DNA of 47,752 nt from Octopus sinensis. Its lineage: Eukaryota. The notes beneath the pieces are model-generated. The model did not search any database. It was given only the letters and a program-made list of their open reading frames with translations, and had not been told where the DNA came from. The number at the start of each line of letters is the position of its first letter. The first letter of the stretch is position 1. The position numbers and the translations under genes are program-made. The stretch covers positions 1-47,752 of the forward strand of contig NW_021834531.1 of assembly GCF_006345805.1 (NCBI RefSeq). The letters run 5' to 3'. Below are positions 1-10,460 of the stretch, piece after piece.

Positions 1-570
1 GGCATTAGATCTCTGTGCTCTGGTATTTATTACGTACTCAATCATAGACACACCAGCCTCTATTAATAGCGAGTCTTATGCAAGAAATTCTGTGATGGAC
101 ATCATACAATCTCATTTCCTCTCCGCCATGAGTTACAGATATTAAATCTTTATAAGAATCCAATAGGTTTGATAAATATGTTTCTTTCTCACCGAATGAT
201 GTTTGATGAGATAGGGTTAAAGAAGTTATGGTGTTCACAAACTTTTCCTACAGTATTAGTGACGTAATGAATCTGTTCACTTGGTTTTCAACACTTGTAT
301 GCGAATTGCTATTACACCATCATCTGCACTTGAGTATTCTTGTGGTGTGTGTGGCATTGTCTTTTGTAGAATTATATTTGAATACTGTAAATCTTCGAGT
401 ATAGTGCGCCCTTGAGGGGAGTTTTAGGGGTCTGTACCTCTGAAAAATCTAAGCCTTGTGCATAATACGCACTCCTTCTATAACTTAAGTCGTGCGTAAT
501 TAAGCCAACAGCACCTAGTCGAACAAACACTTCCGCGCATGCGTAATACAACAATGATGATGTTCTTAAC

Positions 571-1608
571 TGTTATATGGGAATGTAAATATGTTTGCAA
601 ATTGTTTTTGTTACATGTGTAGCGTAGCTCGGTGATATCCTCGTTTGAGAGATATATTAGAAATAATCTCGTGGCAGATCACAGTTAACTTTTGGCCGCT
701 ATTTGGACCCTGTTGTGTCCACTGTTCTGATTGGTTGGCATTGGTGCAGTTTGTCTCTTGACTTATTTCGCGCCAGTGTGTAAGCCAACCAATCACGGCT
801 TTAGGATAAGGTCCCATGATACAGTCTTTTGGATGTTCTGTGGAGCCTACCCTTTGCTTTAAAAGGCATCAGAAAATCACTATCCCTGTCTTTGGTCTCT
901 GACCATTGACCACACCAGACCAGCCAGTTCCTACTCCAGCCGCGACGAGACCAACATGCAGCAACTCAACGACGCCTTACTTCACCATCGCCATCACCAT
1001 CGTCGACTTCACTTTGACGCCGCCATCAACACCGACGCCTTAGCTCATCGTCGTCCTTCAACTTCACGTCGTCTCCACCAACGCCGATACATACACAGCA
1101 CATTCGCTCAAGTTTAGCCTACACGCTGTTGGTGTATATACACCAAGGTTAACAGCACAGAACCACCGGCGAGATCTTCTGTACCAATGTAACCGGGCAA
1201 ATGGAACAAAGCACCAACTCCTATACGCGTAGTAACTGCTCTCCTCTTTTGCCTCAACTTCATTCACACAGAACGAATTGCTATAGTGTACCTGTACGAA
1301 CTGGTATTTATCACCATCTTGTGTCTGGACTCATTTCTTTCACTCTTATAACACAAAAACACACAGACACAAACACTATGTCGAACGCACCGTTGTTGCA
1401 CTTACAACGGACACACAAACACATATGTGCGCGCACTCAGACACTACACTCTGCTAGCGCTCACACACACTCTTATTGTACACATCTGTAAATAAAGTCT
1501 TTCTTCTCTCAAACAGTAGAACGGTTGTGTTTGTTTTCCCTTTATTCTTTACTGGCACTCATATTCTTTATACCATGTATTTGGCTATCTTCATTGTGGG
1601 CGACCGTG
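571..1608 (+). mobile_element. Possible LTR of a Gypsy-like retrotransposon followed by a degenerate tRNA-Arg-type primer-binding site
   Basis: TG start at 571, CCAAT 789-793, TTTAAAA 858-864, AATAAA 1491-1496, CA at 1592-1593, then TGGGCGACCGTG (1597-1608), which resembles the TGGCGACCGTG PBS complementary to a tRNA-Arg 3' end. No partner LTR or recognisable gag/pol in the window. Confidence 0.3.
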
Positions 1609-3025
1609 CGGCGTTTAAAAGGGGAATTTTCAGTTACCAACTCTTTTACGTACGGCCGTTTCTCTACACATGTTATTCTGTGTTCTAAATACTTTTATTT
1701 TAATAAATGTTGCTTACTGCAAGTTATGGATGATTCTTTTATGACTTCATTGCTTTCGCGCCCGACATCACAAAATGCGTCTGAATAAACATTGCCGTAC
1801 AGCAAATAGAGACTCGGACATTGCTTAGAAAAATATTTTTCATTTTTAACCTCGTATATAGTACGCACTCGGGATTTTGACCCTTAACTTTTGGGAGAAA
1901 ATGCGGATTATACTCAAGGATTTACGGTACTACATAAGTTTGGCTGTGTTGAGGCATTTTGTTGGTGTTACGTATGTACCCTGTAATCGGTGCTATGTGT
2001 TCTCGTTTTGAGCGGTGATTGTGAAGAGTATGAGCAATCGGTAGCAATTGTTGATGTTACAGTGTTGGGTACCATTACGTATGGGTATGCGGTATGTTAT
2101 ATGGCATAGAAAGTATTGTTATTATATTGTAATTCAAGTGTATTATTATATAGTATTGCAAGCTCTGTTATATTATTTGGCGATAATTCTGCAGAGTATG
2201 TTATACTATTTCATTGAGTGGTTATTATACAGGTTATGTATTGTGTAGAGAGAGTGTACTCTTTGCGTCATTATTAACTTGGAAGTGAGTTTACATAGTA
2301 TCTGAGCTGTCTAGACTTTGTATAACCTTGTGCGCTGCAATATAGTTTGCATGGGTTCATTTTATTATTTCCTATATACCCAGTGCTCTAATTATTATTA
2401 ATACTTTCATACTCCACGTTCTGCTCATTCCAAAATCAAAATCATTGTTCTTTGACGGTTCCTCTACCTTCTTTCGAGCAATGTTTTATTGTAAAGTTTC
2501 GAGATTTCTATCACAGTTCAAGTCCTTGATTATATACGAGTTGTTTCCCTTAGTTTCTTGCTAGTTTGGACAGACATGTCTCAATCTGTTGCCAGTTCGT
2601 TGTCCTGTACCATGTTTAATACTTGTTTATATTACTTATCTGTTTCACGTAAAAGTATCAGCATATTACTCATTGCCCAAAGCTGCTGATTCGAATGTTT
2701 ACCTCACCTCAATTTATGCATGGATTAATTAAATTTAACGCGATTCCTACATTGTCTTGTTCGATCAGCTACGATCTAAGACATTCTAAGGCTTTGCCAT
2801 CAGAACAGTATAGTAGGCAAGATTTGAGGGAAATTTGGTTTATGATCTCTAACTGATCAAGCAACAATGAAGTGGCTTCCATATTGACTCGTTAGAAATC
2901 ATATTGTTTAGGCAAGACGGTGATAGTAACAGTTACGGGATGAACTGTTTTGTAGCACTGAGCACAGTTTGTATTTTTTCTCAAAGCCAATTGTATGATA
3001 GTAAAGTACATACGCGTAAGCTTAC

Positions 3026-3321
3026 CATGTGTGTGTGCATTTATTTATTTTTAACACGTTTCAGTACACTCGAAATGTCTTCTTTCGCTGCAGGAATTTC
3101 AAACGTGTTTCGTGGCCTGCTACCACAACAGCTTCTTTATGGGATCCAGTTAATTCAAGACATCATCAGGAGGAACCACGTCCGGTTTCGGCCCCTACTC
3201 CTCTACCGTTTTGACGTGGCAGAGGTGTCTTCAGCTCTGGTGTTGGGTGCATGTCTTTCTTCTGTTCCCTGACCTCTTCGATGTAGTGTCAACGAGTGTC
3301 AACGAGTGTCAACGATTGACT
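3026..3321 (-). other. Candidate first exon ending in ATG|GTAAG
   Basis: Runs from the inferred TSS (3321) to ATG (3028-3026), immediately followed by a consensus donor GTAAG (3025-3021). Contains a 28-aa upstream ORF (MHPTPELK...GSS). No downstream exon identified. Confidence 0.35.
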
Positions 3322-3520
3322 GACTGACTTGTCAATTTTTTCCCTTTAAATACCTGCTGCTAGGCTCCAGCAGGCAGCCCCAGCAAGTTGTCACGTGGCA
3401 CTGTCTCAACTTTAACTGACCAATAAAGGCGCGTAGTCTTGCCCCACGCATTCTCGAACCGACCGTCACCTGTCAATCAGCGAAGCTAATTCAGTGTCAG
3501 CTTGTCTCGCGAGAAAATTC
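3318..3520 (-). promoter_or_regulatory. Candidate Pol II core promoter (TATA + Inr) with upstream motifs
   Basis: On the minus strand TATTTAAA (3352-3345) lies 31 nt upstream of the A of an Inr-like TCAGTC (A at 3321). Also E-box CACGTG 3392-3397, CCAAT 3420-3424, TGATTGACAG 3479-3470, and two dimeric HSE-like motifs (TTCTCGAA 3451-3458, GAAAATTC 3513-3520). Confidence 0.45.
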
Positions 3521-3911
3521 TCCTCCAAGACGTAATGTATTAAAGCACATTGGGCTGTGAATAACGCCATTCAATTGCAGGAAACGTATGCGTTTCAACG
3601 TTATTGTGCGTCATCAGCAATGAATGCCAAATCAGCCTTTCACACCTCGTAAAGAACGAATTGATCTTATGTTATTAGAAGAGCAAACAGTACATTCGCT
3701 GATGTACGTAAAGTTTAGTTAAGATCGAATTAATTAACAAAAGGTGCACGAAGCAGCGTTAAGTAAAGCTTATTCATATAAAGTCATACTTAACATGTTC
3801 AAGTACAGTCGGACGCGAGAAAACCTTTCGTTGTGGAAATAGACTCTGGAGAAAATCGACTTTATACGTATTTTCTTCAGCGTTGCTGCGTGCGCGCTCG
3901 CACGCGTCTCT

Positions 3912-3966
3912 ATGTATGTATGGATGTATGTATGTATGTATGTATGTATGTATGTATGTATGTATG
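3912..3966. repeat. (TATG)n microsatellite
   Basis: Read directly from the sequence. Confidence 0.95.
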
Positions 3967-4199
3967 TGTACAAAAATGATATACAATATTTTTAATAAGC
4001 ATATAGTGTAGTAGCGTGAATAAACTGCAGGATCTCCAGCTGTTAAAAGTGAGAAGCAGCTAACTAATTATGCTTTACTTAATACTCACTGGGACCTCTC
4101 AGCCTATACTTAGCAAGAATATATAGGAAGAATATATATTAATATGTGTACTGCTTTCGTTATTTTGAATATAAAGAGATTGACACACAAAGACATCTA

Positions 4200-4468
4200 T
4201 GCGCGCGCGCATATACACACATACACATATATGCATGCATGTATGTATATATATATGTATGAATGTATATATATTATATATATATATATATTATATATAT
4301 ATATATATAATTATATATATATTATATATAATATATATATATTATGTATATATATATACATAAATACATATATATATATATATATAAATAATATATAATA
4401 TATTTTTTATAATATATATATATGTATATATCCAACATATATACACTTTTACATATTATATATATATA

Positions 4469-4515
<47 letters not shown>

Positions 4516-4656
4516 CTGTGTGTGTGTGTGTGAATAGACACATACACACACACATATAGATACGTACATACATACATACATACATACATACATACATACA
4601 TACACATATATATATATATATATTACATACATACATATGTGTGTTTGTGCATTTTG

Positions 4657-4695
<39 letters not shown>

Positions 4696-4710
4696 TACAC
4701 ACACAGACAC
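4200..4710. repeat. Compound (TA)n/(TACA)n/(CA)n microsatellite
   Basis: Read directly from the sequence. Confidence 0.95.
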
Positions 4711-5130
4711 TCACATCCTCGTGTAAACGTATTCAGTAAGACTACGAAAGACAATTTATTTCTTTGACACACGTATAGTCAGTCTTCTTGCTGCGAAGAT
4801 ATACTTCAAGATGTCGGCAAAACAGTATAAATTACGAAAAAAAAAAAGAAGAAGAAAAAAAGGAAGAAAAAAAAACCCGGAAAAAATTGGTTCCGGCTCG
4901 TTAGTCTCCGTTAATTTCTACTTAACTCTGCCGTTCTGCAGGGAGATAACAGCTCATAGCACTATGGAAAATGGTGCTACTTAGCTTACACGCGAGTAAC
5001 TTATCGTCTACGTGTTGCGAACAACGTTCTTTGGACTTATACATCCAACTTTTCGAACAAAGAGTATGTGTGTTTACGTCTACGTGTATGTACATGTATG
5101 CGTGTGAATGCGCACGTGTGTGTGTGTGTG

Positions 5131-5270
5131 TGCTGGATGTGTGGTTAGAAGCTTGCTTCCAAACCACATGGTTCTTGGTTCCATCCCACCGCGTGGCAGC
5201 ACCTTGGGCAAGTGTCTTCTACTATAGCCTCGGGACGACCAAAGCCTTGTAAGTGAATTTACTATAGGCC
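5131..5270 (+). mobile_element. tRNA-derived SINE family A, 5' fragment
   Basis: Matches the head of the full-length copy at 37523 (gtgtggttagaagcttgc...ccttgggcaagtgtcttctactatagcctcggg). Confidence 0.8.
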
Positions 5271-5320
5271 CTGTGCATATAGTAGAAAGAATATTTTCAT
5301 CTTCGTTAGTCAAGTAGCTA

Positions 5321-5498
5321 TAGGAGAAAGATGGCCGATGGTCACGTGAAAGCCTTGTGAGCAAGGGAGGAGGAGTGAAGGAGAGAGAGTGACAGAGTAA
5401 TAGGAAAGAATAGTGGCAGAAGAGGAGGTAAAAGAATAAAAGAGAGAAAAAGGAAAGAGTAAAAAGATCGTATAGAGTGCGCATCAGTTATTAAGATA
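5321..5498 (-). repeat. Inverted copy of 7373-7560
   Basis: The reverse complement matches 7373-7560 apart from small indels; the ORF track gives the same peptide (MRTLYDLFTLSFFS...TPPPLLTRLSRDHRPSFS) at both sites. Confidence 0.9.
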
Positions 5499-5508
5499 TG
5501 GTTATTTA

Positions 5509-5705
5509 TGGTCGAGCGGGCAGAACCGTTAGCGCGCCGGACGAAATGCTTCGCTACGTTCTGAGTTCAAATTCCGCCGAGGTCGACTTTACTTTTCATC
5601 CTTTCGGAGTCGATAAATTAAGTACCAGTGAGACACTGGAGTCGATGTAATTGACTAGTCCCATCCCCCTAAAATTTCAGGCCATGTGCCTTCATTAGAA
5701 ATTTA
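5509..5705 (+). mobile_element. tRNA-derived SINE family B (tail type 1)
   Basis: acgttctgagttcaaattccgccgaggtcgac...tttcatcctttcggagtcgataaattaagtaccag, ending aaaatttcaggccatgtgcc. Confidence 0.85.
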
Positions 5706-6096
5706 TTTATGGTGTCATCCCTTCTTCCCGTGAATCTCATTTTGTACCATGCAGGATCCATAGTTCAGTTATTTATTTTTTTTTTGTACTAATGGTACTT
5801 GTAAATCCCATTTCTCGAATGTCATCGAACGTAATGGCAATTGCAGCGATATTACTAACTAGTAAAAATTAATATTACTCATTTTAAATTACTATACCAT
5901 ACACAACAGCCGAAACATAATTATATTTACATAGTTTCATGAAGTTAAAGTGAAAATTCATTTAGACAACAATAGAATTCCTTGTAAAAACATTTAAGAG
6001 CGACATAAAATTAATGTTGGCTTTTAACGTTAAGTTTTATTGTAACACGACAAATACATTAAATGGATTCGTTTTGCATTTTATATTATATTATAT

Positions 6097-6157
<61 letters not shown>

Positions 6158-6159
<2 letters not shown>

Positions 6160-6939
6160 CTTTTCACTAGTATTACTCACTGTGAATGTGTCACTCGGTA
6201 CGAGCCGCATCTCTTCACCCGACCCTTGCGACGCCACCACATCTATGTGTGTGTGTGCATATATATATACGTATATGTACATACCTACATCTATACGTAT
6301 ATATATATATAAGCATACGTTTGCACAGGACATCATGTTGTTAAATTCTCAAAATACGAGACTAGAAAAACAACCAATAACAGATGAAGGGTCGTTCTCT
6401 ATGTTGTTTGTTTTGTTTTCCACTTCTGTTTTTAGTTGTTCAAAAGAATAGTTCATATTCCATGTACTCGTGTTTCGTATCTTTTGTTGTACACGTTTCA
6501 TGACGTCCTGTGCCCACGTATACTTATATATATATATATATTATATATATATATATATTATATATATATATATAGGCTTTTCACTAGTATTACTCACTGT
6601 GAATGTGTCACTCGGTACGAGCCGCATCTCTTCACCCGACCCTTGCGACGCCACCACATCTATGTGTGTGTGTGCATATATATATACGTATATGTACATA
6701 CCTACATCTATACGTATATATATATATAAGCATACGTTTGCACAGGACATCATGTTGTTAAATTCTCAAAATACGAGACTAGAAAAACAACCAATAACAG
6801 ATGAAGGGTCGTTCTCTATGTTGTTTGTTTTGTTTTCCACTTCTGTTTTTAGTTGTTCAAAAGAATAGTTCATATTCCATGTACTCGTGTTTCGTATCTT
6901 TTGTTGTACACGTTTCATGACGTCCTGTGCCCACGTATA

Positions 6940-6941
<2 letters not shown>
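6158..6941. repeat. 417-bp-period tandem duplication bounded by (TA)n
   Basis: Units start at 6158 and 6575 (ggcttttcactag...). The ORF track shows the same peptide ends offset by 417 (6451/6868, 6336/6753). Confidence 0.95.
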
Positions 6942-6992
<51 letters not shown>

Positions 6993-7095
6993 CGGAGTAA
7001 ACACATAAATGTGAAACAAGGTGGAAAAAAGAGTACTCAAATACCAGTGGTAGAGTAATATGCTTTATTTAAAGCAGCAGAAAATTCAACAAAAC

Positions 7096-7133
7096 CTGTT
7101 ACTCTGAGTTTCCCGTTGCCGTTCATCGGACAG
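7096..7133 (-). ncRNA. Minimal type I hammerhead-ribozyme-like motif (CCGAUGA core variant)
   Basis: CUGU-CCGAUGA-ACG GCAA CGG-GAAA-CUC A GAG-UA-ACAG: stem I CUGU/ACAG, GCAA-capped stem II, self-complementary stem III ACUC(A)GAGU, GUA triplet. Confidence 0.55.
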
Positions 7134-7149
7134 TTTTTTCTAGCAAAAA

Positions 7150-7188
7150 CTGTCCGATGAACGGCAAACGGGAAACTCAAAGTAACAG
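7150..7188 (+). ncRNA. Second, slightly decayed hammerhead-like motif (mirror copy)
   Basis: Same motif as 7096-7133 with an extra A in stem II and a G>A change in stem III. Confidence 0.45.
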
Positions 7189-7221
7189 GTTTTGTTGAAT
7201 TTTCTGCTGCTTTAGATAAAG

Positions 7222-7255
<34 letters not shown>

Positions 7256-7372
7256 ATATATATATACGTATAGATGTAGGTATGTACGTAAACGCATGTA
7301 TATATGCATATATTTTATATTATTTATATTATTATATGATTGAACGCCACGCATCCTCCGCCAAGTATATTT

Positions 7373-7560
7373 TATCTTAATAACTCTGATGCGCACTCTA
7401 TACGATCTTTTTACTCTTTCGTTTTTCTCTCTTTCTGTCTCTTATTCTTTTACCTCCTCTTCTGCCACTATTCTTTCCTATTACTCTGTCACTCTCTCTC
7501 CTTCACTCCTCCTCCCTTGCTCACAAGGCTTTCACGTGACCATCGGCCATCTTTCTCCTA
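7373..7560 (+). repeat. Inverted copy of 5321-5498
   Basis: See 5321-5498. Confidence 0.9.
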
Positions 7561-7752
7561 ACTTGAGTTTCTTTCTTTCTCTCCGTTGTAGCTGGAACAA
7601 GGAAGACGTGTTCTTGTTTGTCTCCTGTGCACGCTTGACCTACGCGTTCGCCTCGTTTAGGCTTAGCAGCCCTTCCTGTTTCTGTTACCTATTTTGACCC
7701 TCTGCAAAAATCCGAAATTGTATTCAATTTGCTTTGCGGGAGCAACTGCTTT

Positions 7753-7830
7753 ATCGGTTGAAAGCCGTGGTCAGGGTGAGGGTACAACCTGACAGACATA
7801 CAGATAAACTGCCGTTTATATAGAGAGAGA
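7753..7830 (-). mobile_element. 5'-terminal fragment of non-autonomous Helitron family D
   Basis: atcggttgaaagccgtggtcagggtgagggtac...actgccgtttatatagagagaga(t) matches the TC end of the copies at 26201 and 43034. Confidence 0.8.
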
Positions 7831-7904
7831 TAAATTCCTCTATTTACATAATATCGAGGTCTTATTCATTCTTTTGTTGTTATACCATTACTATTAATAT
7901 ATAT

Positions 7905-7954
<50 letters not shown>

Positions 7955-7974
7955 ATATACATACTATATATATA

Positions 7975-8303
7975 GACCCCTTCAGTTATGTATGACTATG
8001 GGATTGCACCTAGAAAGTTCCCCTCCGAAGCACAAGTCCAGGCAAGGTTGCTTTTGGAAGACCAGCAGTCGCCCTTGCATACGAACCTCACTTCTCCGCT
8101 CCACCGATTTTATTCAAGGCAAAGACCTATACAGCTTGGCACCAGTGACGTCGTAACTTATTTCTACAGCTGAGTGAACTGGAGCAATGTGAAATAAAGT
8201 GTCTTGCTCAAGAACACAACTCACCGTCCAATCTGGGAATCGAACTCACTACTTCACGATTGTGAGCCCGACGCTCTAAACACTGAGCCATGCATCTTCA
8301 CAT
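7975..8303 (-). mobile_element. tRNA-derived SINE, family C-related with a different tail
   Basis: Minus strand: gcatggctcagtgtttagagcgtcgggctcac...gttcgattccc...tgtgttcttgagcaagacactttatttcac, the same central block as 26604. Confidence 0.75.
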
Positions 8304-8504
8304 AGTTATTTCATATTCAAATATTATAATGTATGTTTGTGTGTGCACGTGTGTATGTATGTGTATGCATACATATACTCAGACATACAGAAATGTACAT
8401 TATATAAACACACACGCACACACATCCATTGTGGATGACAAATAAATGAGTGCACATTTTTCCTGACTTGCGGATTGTTAGACGGCTTCCCCACGCGCGC
8501 TCTC

Positions 8505-8515
8505 TCTTCCTTTCT

Positions 8516-8572
<57 letters not shown>

Positions 8573-8574
8573 AC

Positions 8575-8607
<33 letters not shown>

Positions 8608-8617
8608 TATTTGTATA

Positions 8618-8656
<39 letters not shown>

Positions 8657-8659
8657 ATA

Positions 8660-8727
<68 letters not shown>

Positions 8728-8865
8728 ACAGACACACACATATATATAAATATACAAATATGTATATCTATATCTATCTATATGTATGCATGTATGTATG
8801 TATGTATGTATGTATGTATGTGTGTATGTATGTATGTATGTATGTATGTATGTGTGTGTGTATAT
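8505..8865. repeat. Compound (CT)n/(TA)n/(TATG)n microsatellite
   Basis: Read directly from the sequence. Confidence 0.95.
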
Positions 8866-9210
8866 TAGCTAGACTCCTAAGTATAGCAAACAACTTAATA
8901 GAAAGAAGTGTTCTTGAAAGAAAACATTTTCTAGGGATAAATCATGAGTAATGGCAGCGTGACATCCCCCCCCCCATCCCAAGAGACTAACATTAATTCC
9001 TATTAATTCAGCTTGACACGTCGGCCGCATTTTGAAATCGACTTAATGAATATGTGCTAACTGTACGAGGAAACCTTGTTGCTAAACAGCTAATGAAATC
9101 AACACACACAATATATATAAATATATATAGATAATATATATATATACACACACCACACACACACACATATATATATATATATAATATATATATATATACA
9201 TATTTGTATA

Positions 9211-9245
<35 letters not shown>

Positions 9246-9250
9246 CGATA

Positions 9251-9556
9251 AACGTTGCCCTTTTCAAGCCTAGCCAGACCCATGGGCCCGGTTTCCCGGT
9301 TTCTGTGACGGATGTGTTCCCCCCAGCTGGACGGGACGCCAGTCCATCGCAGCGTTACTCAAGAAACAGGAAGAGAGAGTGAGAGAAAGTTGTGGCGAGA
9401 GAGTACAACAGGGGTCACCACTACCCCCTGCCAGAGCCTCGTGGAGCTAAAAGGTGTTTTCGCTCAATATGCGCACACAACGGCCGGTATGGGAATCGAA
9501 ACCGTGATCCTCCGACCGCAAGTCCGCTGCCCTAACCACTGGGCCATTGCGCCTCC
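9251..9556 (-). mobile_element. tRNA-derived SINE, family C-related
   Basis: tRNA-like head GGAGGCGCAATGGCCCAGTGGTTAGGGCAGCGGAC...GGTTTCGATTCCC; tail gagtaacgctgcgatggactggcgtcccgtccag...gggcccatg shared with 26604 and 38722. Confidence 0.85.
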
Positions 9557-9738
9557 ACACACACACACACACACACACACATACATATACACACACACAC
9601 AACACACACACACACACATACATATACACACACACACACACACACACACGCACATATATATATATATACATACACACACATACACACACACACACATACA
9701 TACATATACACACACACACACGCACATATATACATACA

Positions 9739-9810
<72 letters not shown>
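9557..9810. repeat. (CA)n-rich microsatellite
   Basis: Read directly from the sequence. Confidence 0.95.
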
Positions 9811-9813
<3 letters not shown>

Positions 9814-9859
9814 GATGCACACACATTCGCACACACCGTCGATTGGCAGAGTCGTCAGA

Positions 9860-10460
9860 ATGTTGGATAGATTGTTTTGCGGTACTGACAACGGCTCTCT
9901 ACATTGCTTTTTCTTACATTTGGGATAAATAAATATAGTATCGGTCTGTTTTATATCCTGAGTTCAAATCCGGCCAAATCAAATATCACGTCATAATCCC
10001 TCTCCACAAATTTTGGTCTTGTGCCTATGTTAAAAAAAAAATATCTTTATAATAGTATTCGCAGAGTCGGTAGAGTGTCGGACAAAAATGCTTTGCAGTA
10101 TTTAAACAATAATATTTTTTTATATTTTGAGTTCAATTTTGCATTGTGAGTTCAATGTCGACTTGACCTTTGCCTATTAGCGGATGATAAAATAAATGTA
10201 TCAGACCCTGGTTCTTGGCTTAAAACCAATCCTAATTATTATTTCACTTATAAGGGCAGTAGATTAGTAAAATGAGTAGAGCGCTGGACAAAATGTCATG
10301 TGATTTTTAGTTACGACCCTTAACACTTTGAGTTCAAATACTGCTTTACCTTTCGTCCTTCCAATGTCAGTAAAATAAAATACCAATTAAGTACTGGAGC
10401 AGATTGATTTCATCGACTAATCCCTCCCCCAAATGACTAGCCTTGAGCCTAAATTAGAGC
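9860..10460 (+). mobile_element. Cluster of three decayed SINE family B-like fragments
   Basis: Repeated degenerate blocks: tgagttcaaa..., gtcgacttgacctttgcc, cctttcgtccttcc...aataccaattaagtactgg. Confidence 0.55.

Larger units (their letters stand above)
6989..7226. mobile_element. Probable Penelope-like terminal-repeat remnant folded back into a palindrome
   Basis: Arms 7058-7138 and 7145-7226 are inverted. On the minus strand a hammerhead-like motif is followed by AATAAA, the usual PLE terminal-repeat layout. Family assignment is inference. Confidence 0.55.

Noticed and set aside
611-817. QQGPNSGQK resembles an SF3 helicase Walker A motif (parvoviral NS1), and IMGPYP resembles an integrase motif
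   Set aside because: No GKS/T, no Walker B and no supporting motifs in neighbouring frames; probably chance.
3160-3255. Upstream ORF ending TCC TGA T, like the antizyme +1 frameshift site
   Set aside because: The +1 frame stops after 5 codons (DDVLN*), and there is no antizyme-like sequence.
4941-5064. Possible internal exon (ttctgcag| ... |gtatgt)
   Set aside because: All three frames from the acceptor hit stops; no homology recognised.
9490-9556. tRNA-like sequence (also at 26604, 37523, 38722)
   Set aside because: Lacks a complete cloverleaf and continues into SINE bodies; these are SINE heads, not tRNA genes.
8317-9932. Multiple 100-200 aa ORFs (IY/HT/CV repeats)
   Set aside because: Translations of dinucleotide microsatellites and a SINE. 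The same applies to ORFs at 4144-4714, 15569-17631 and 33055-34525.
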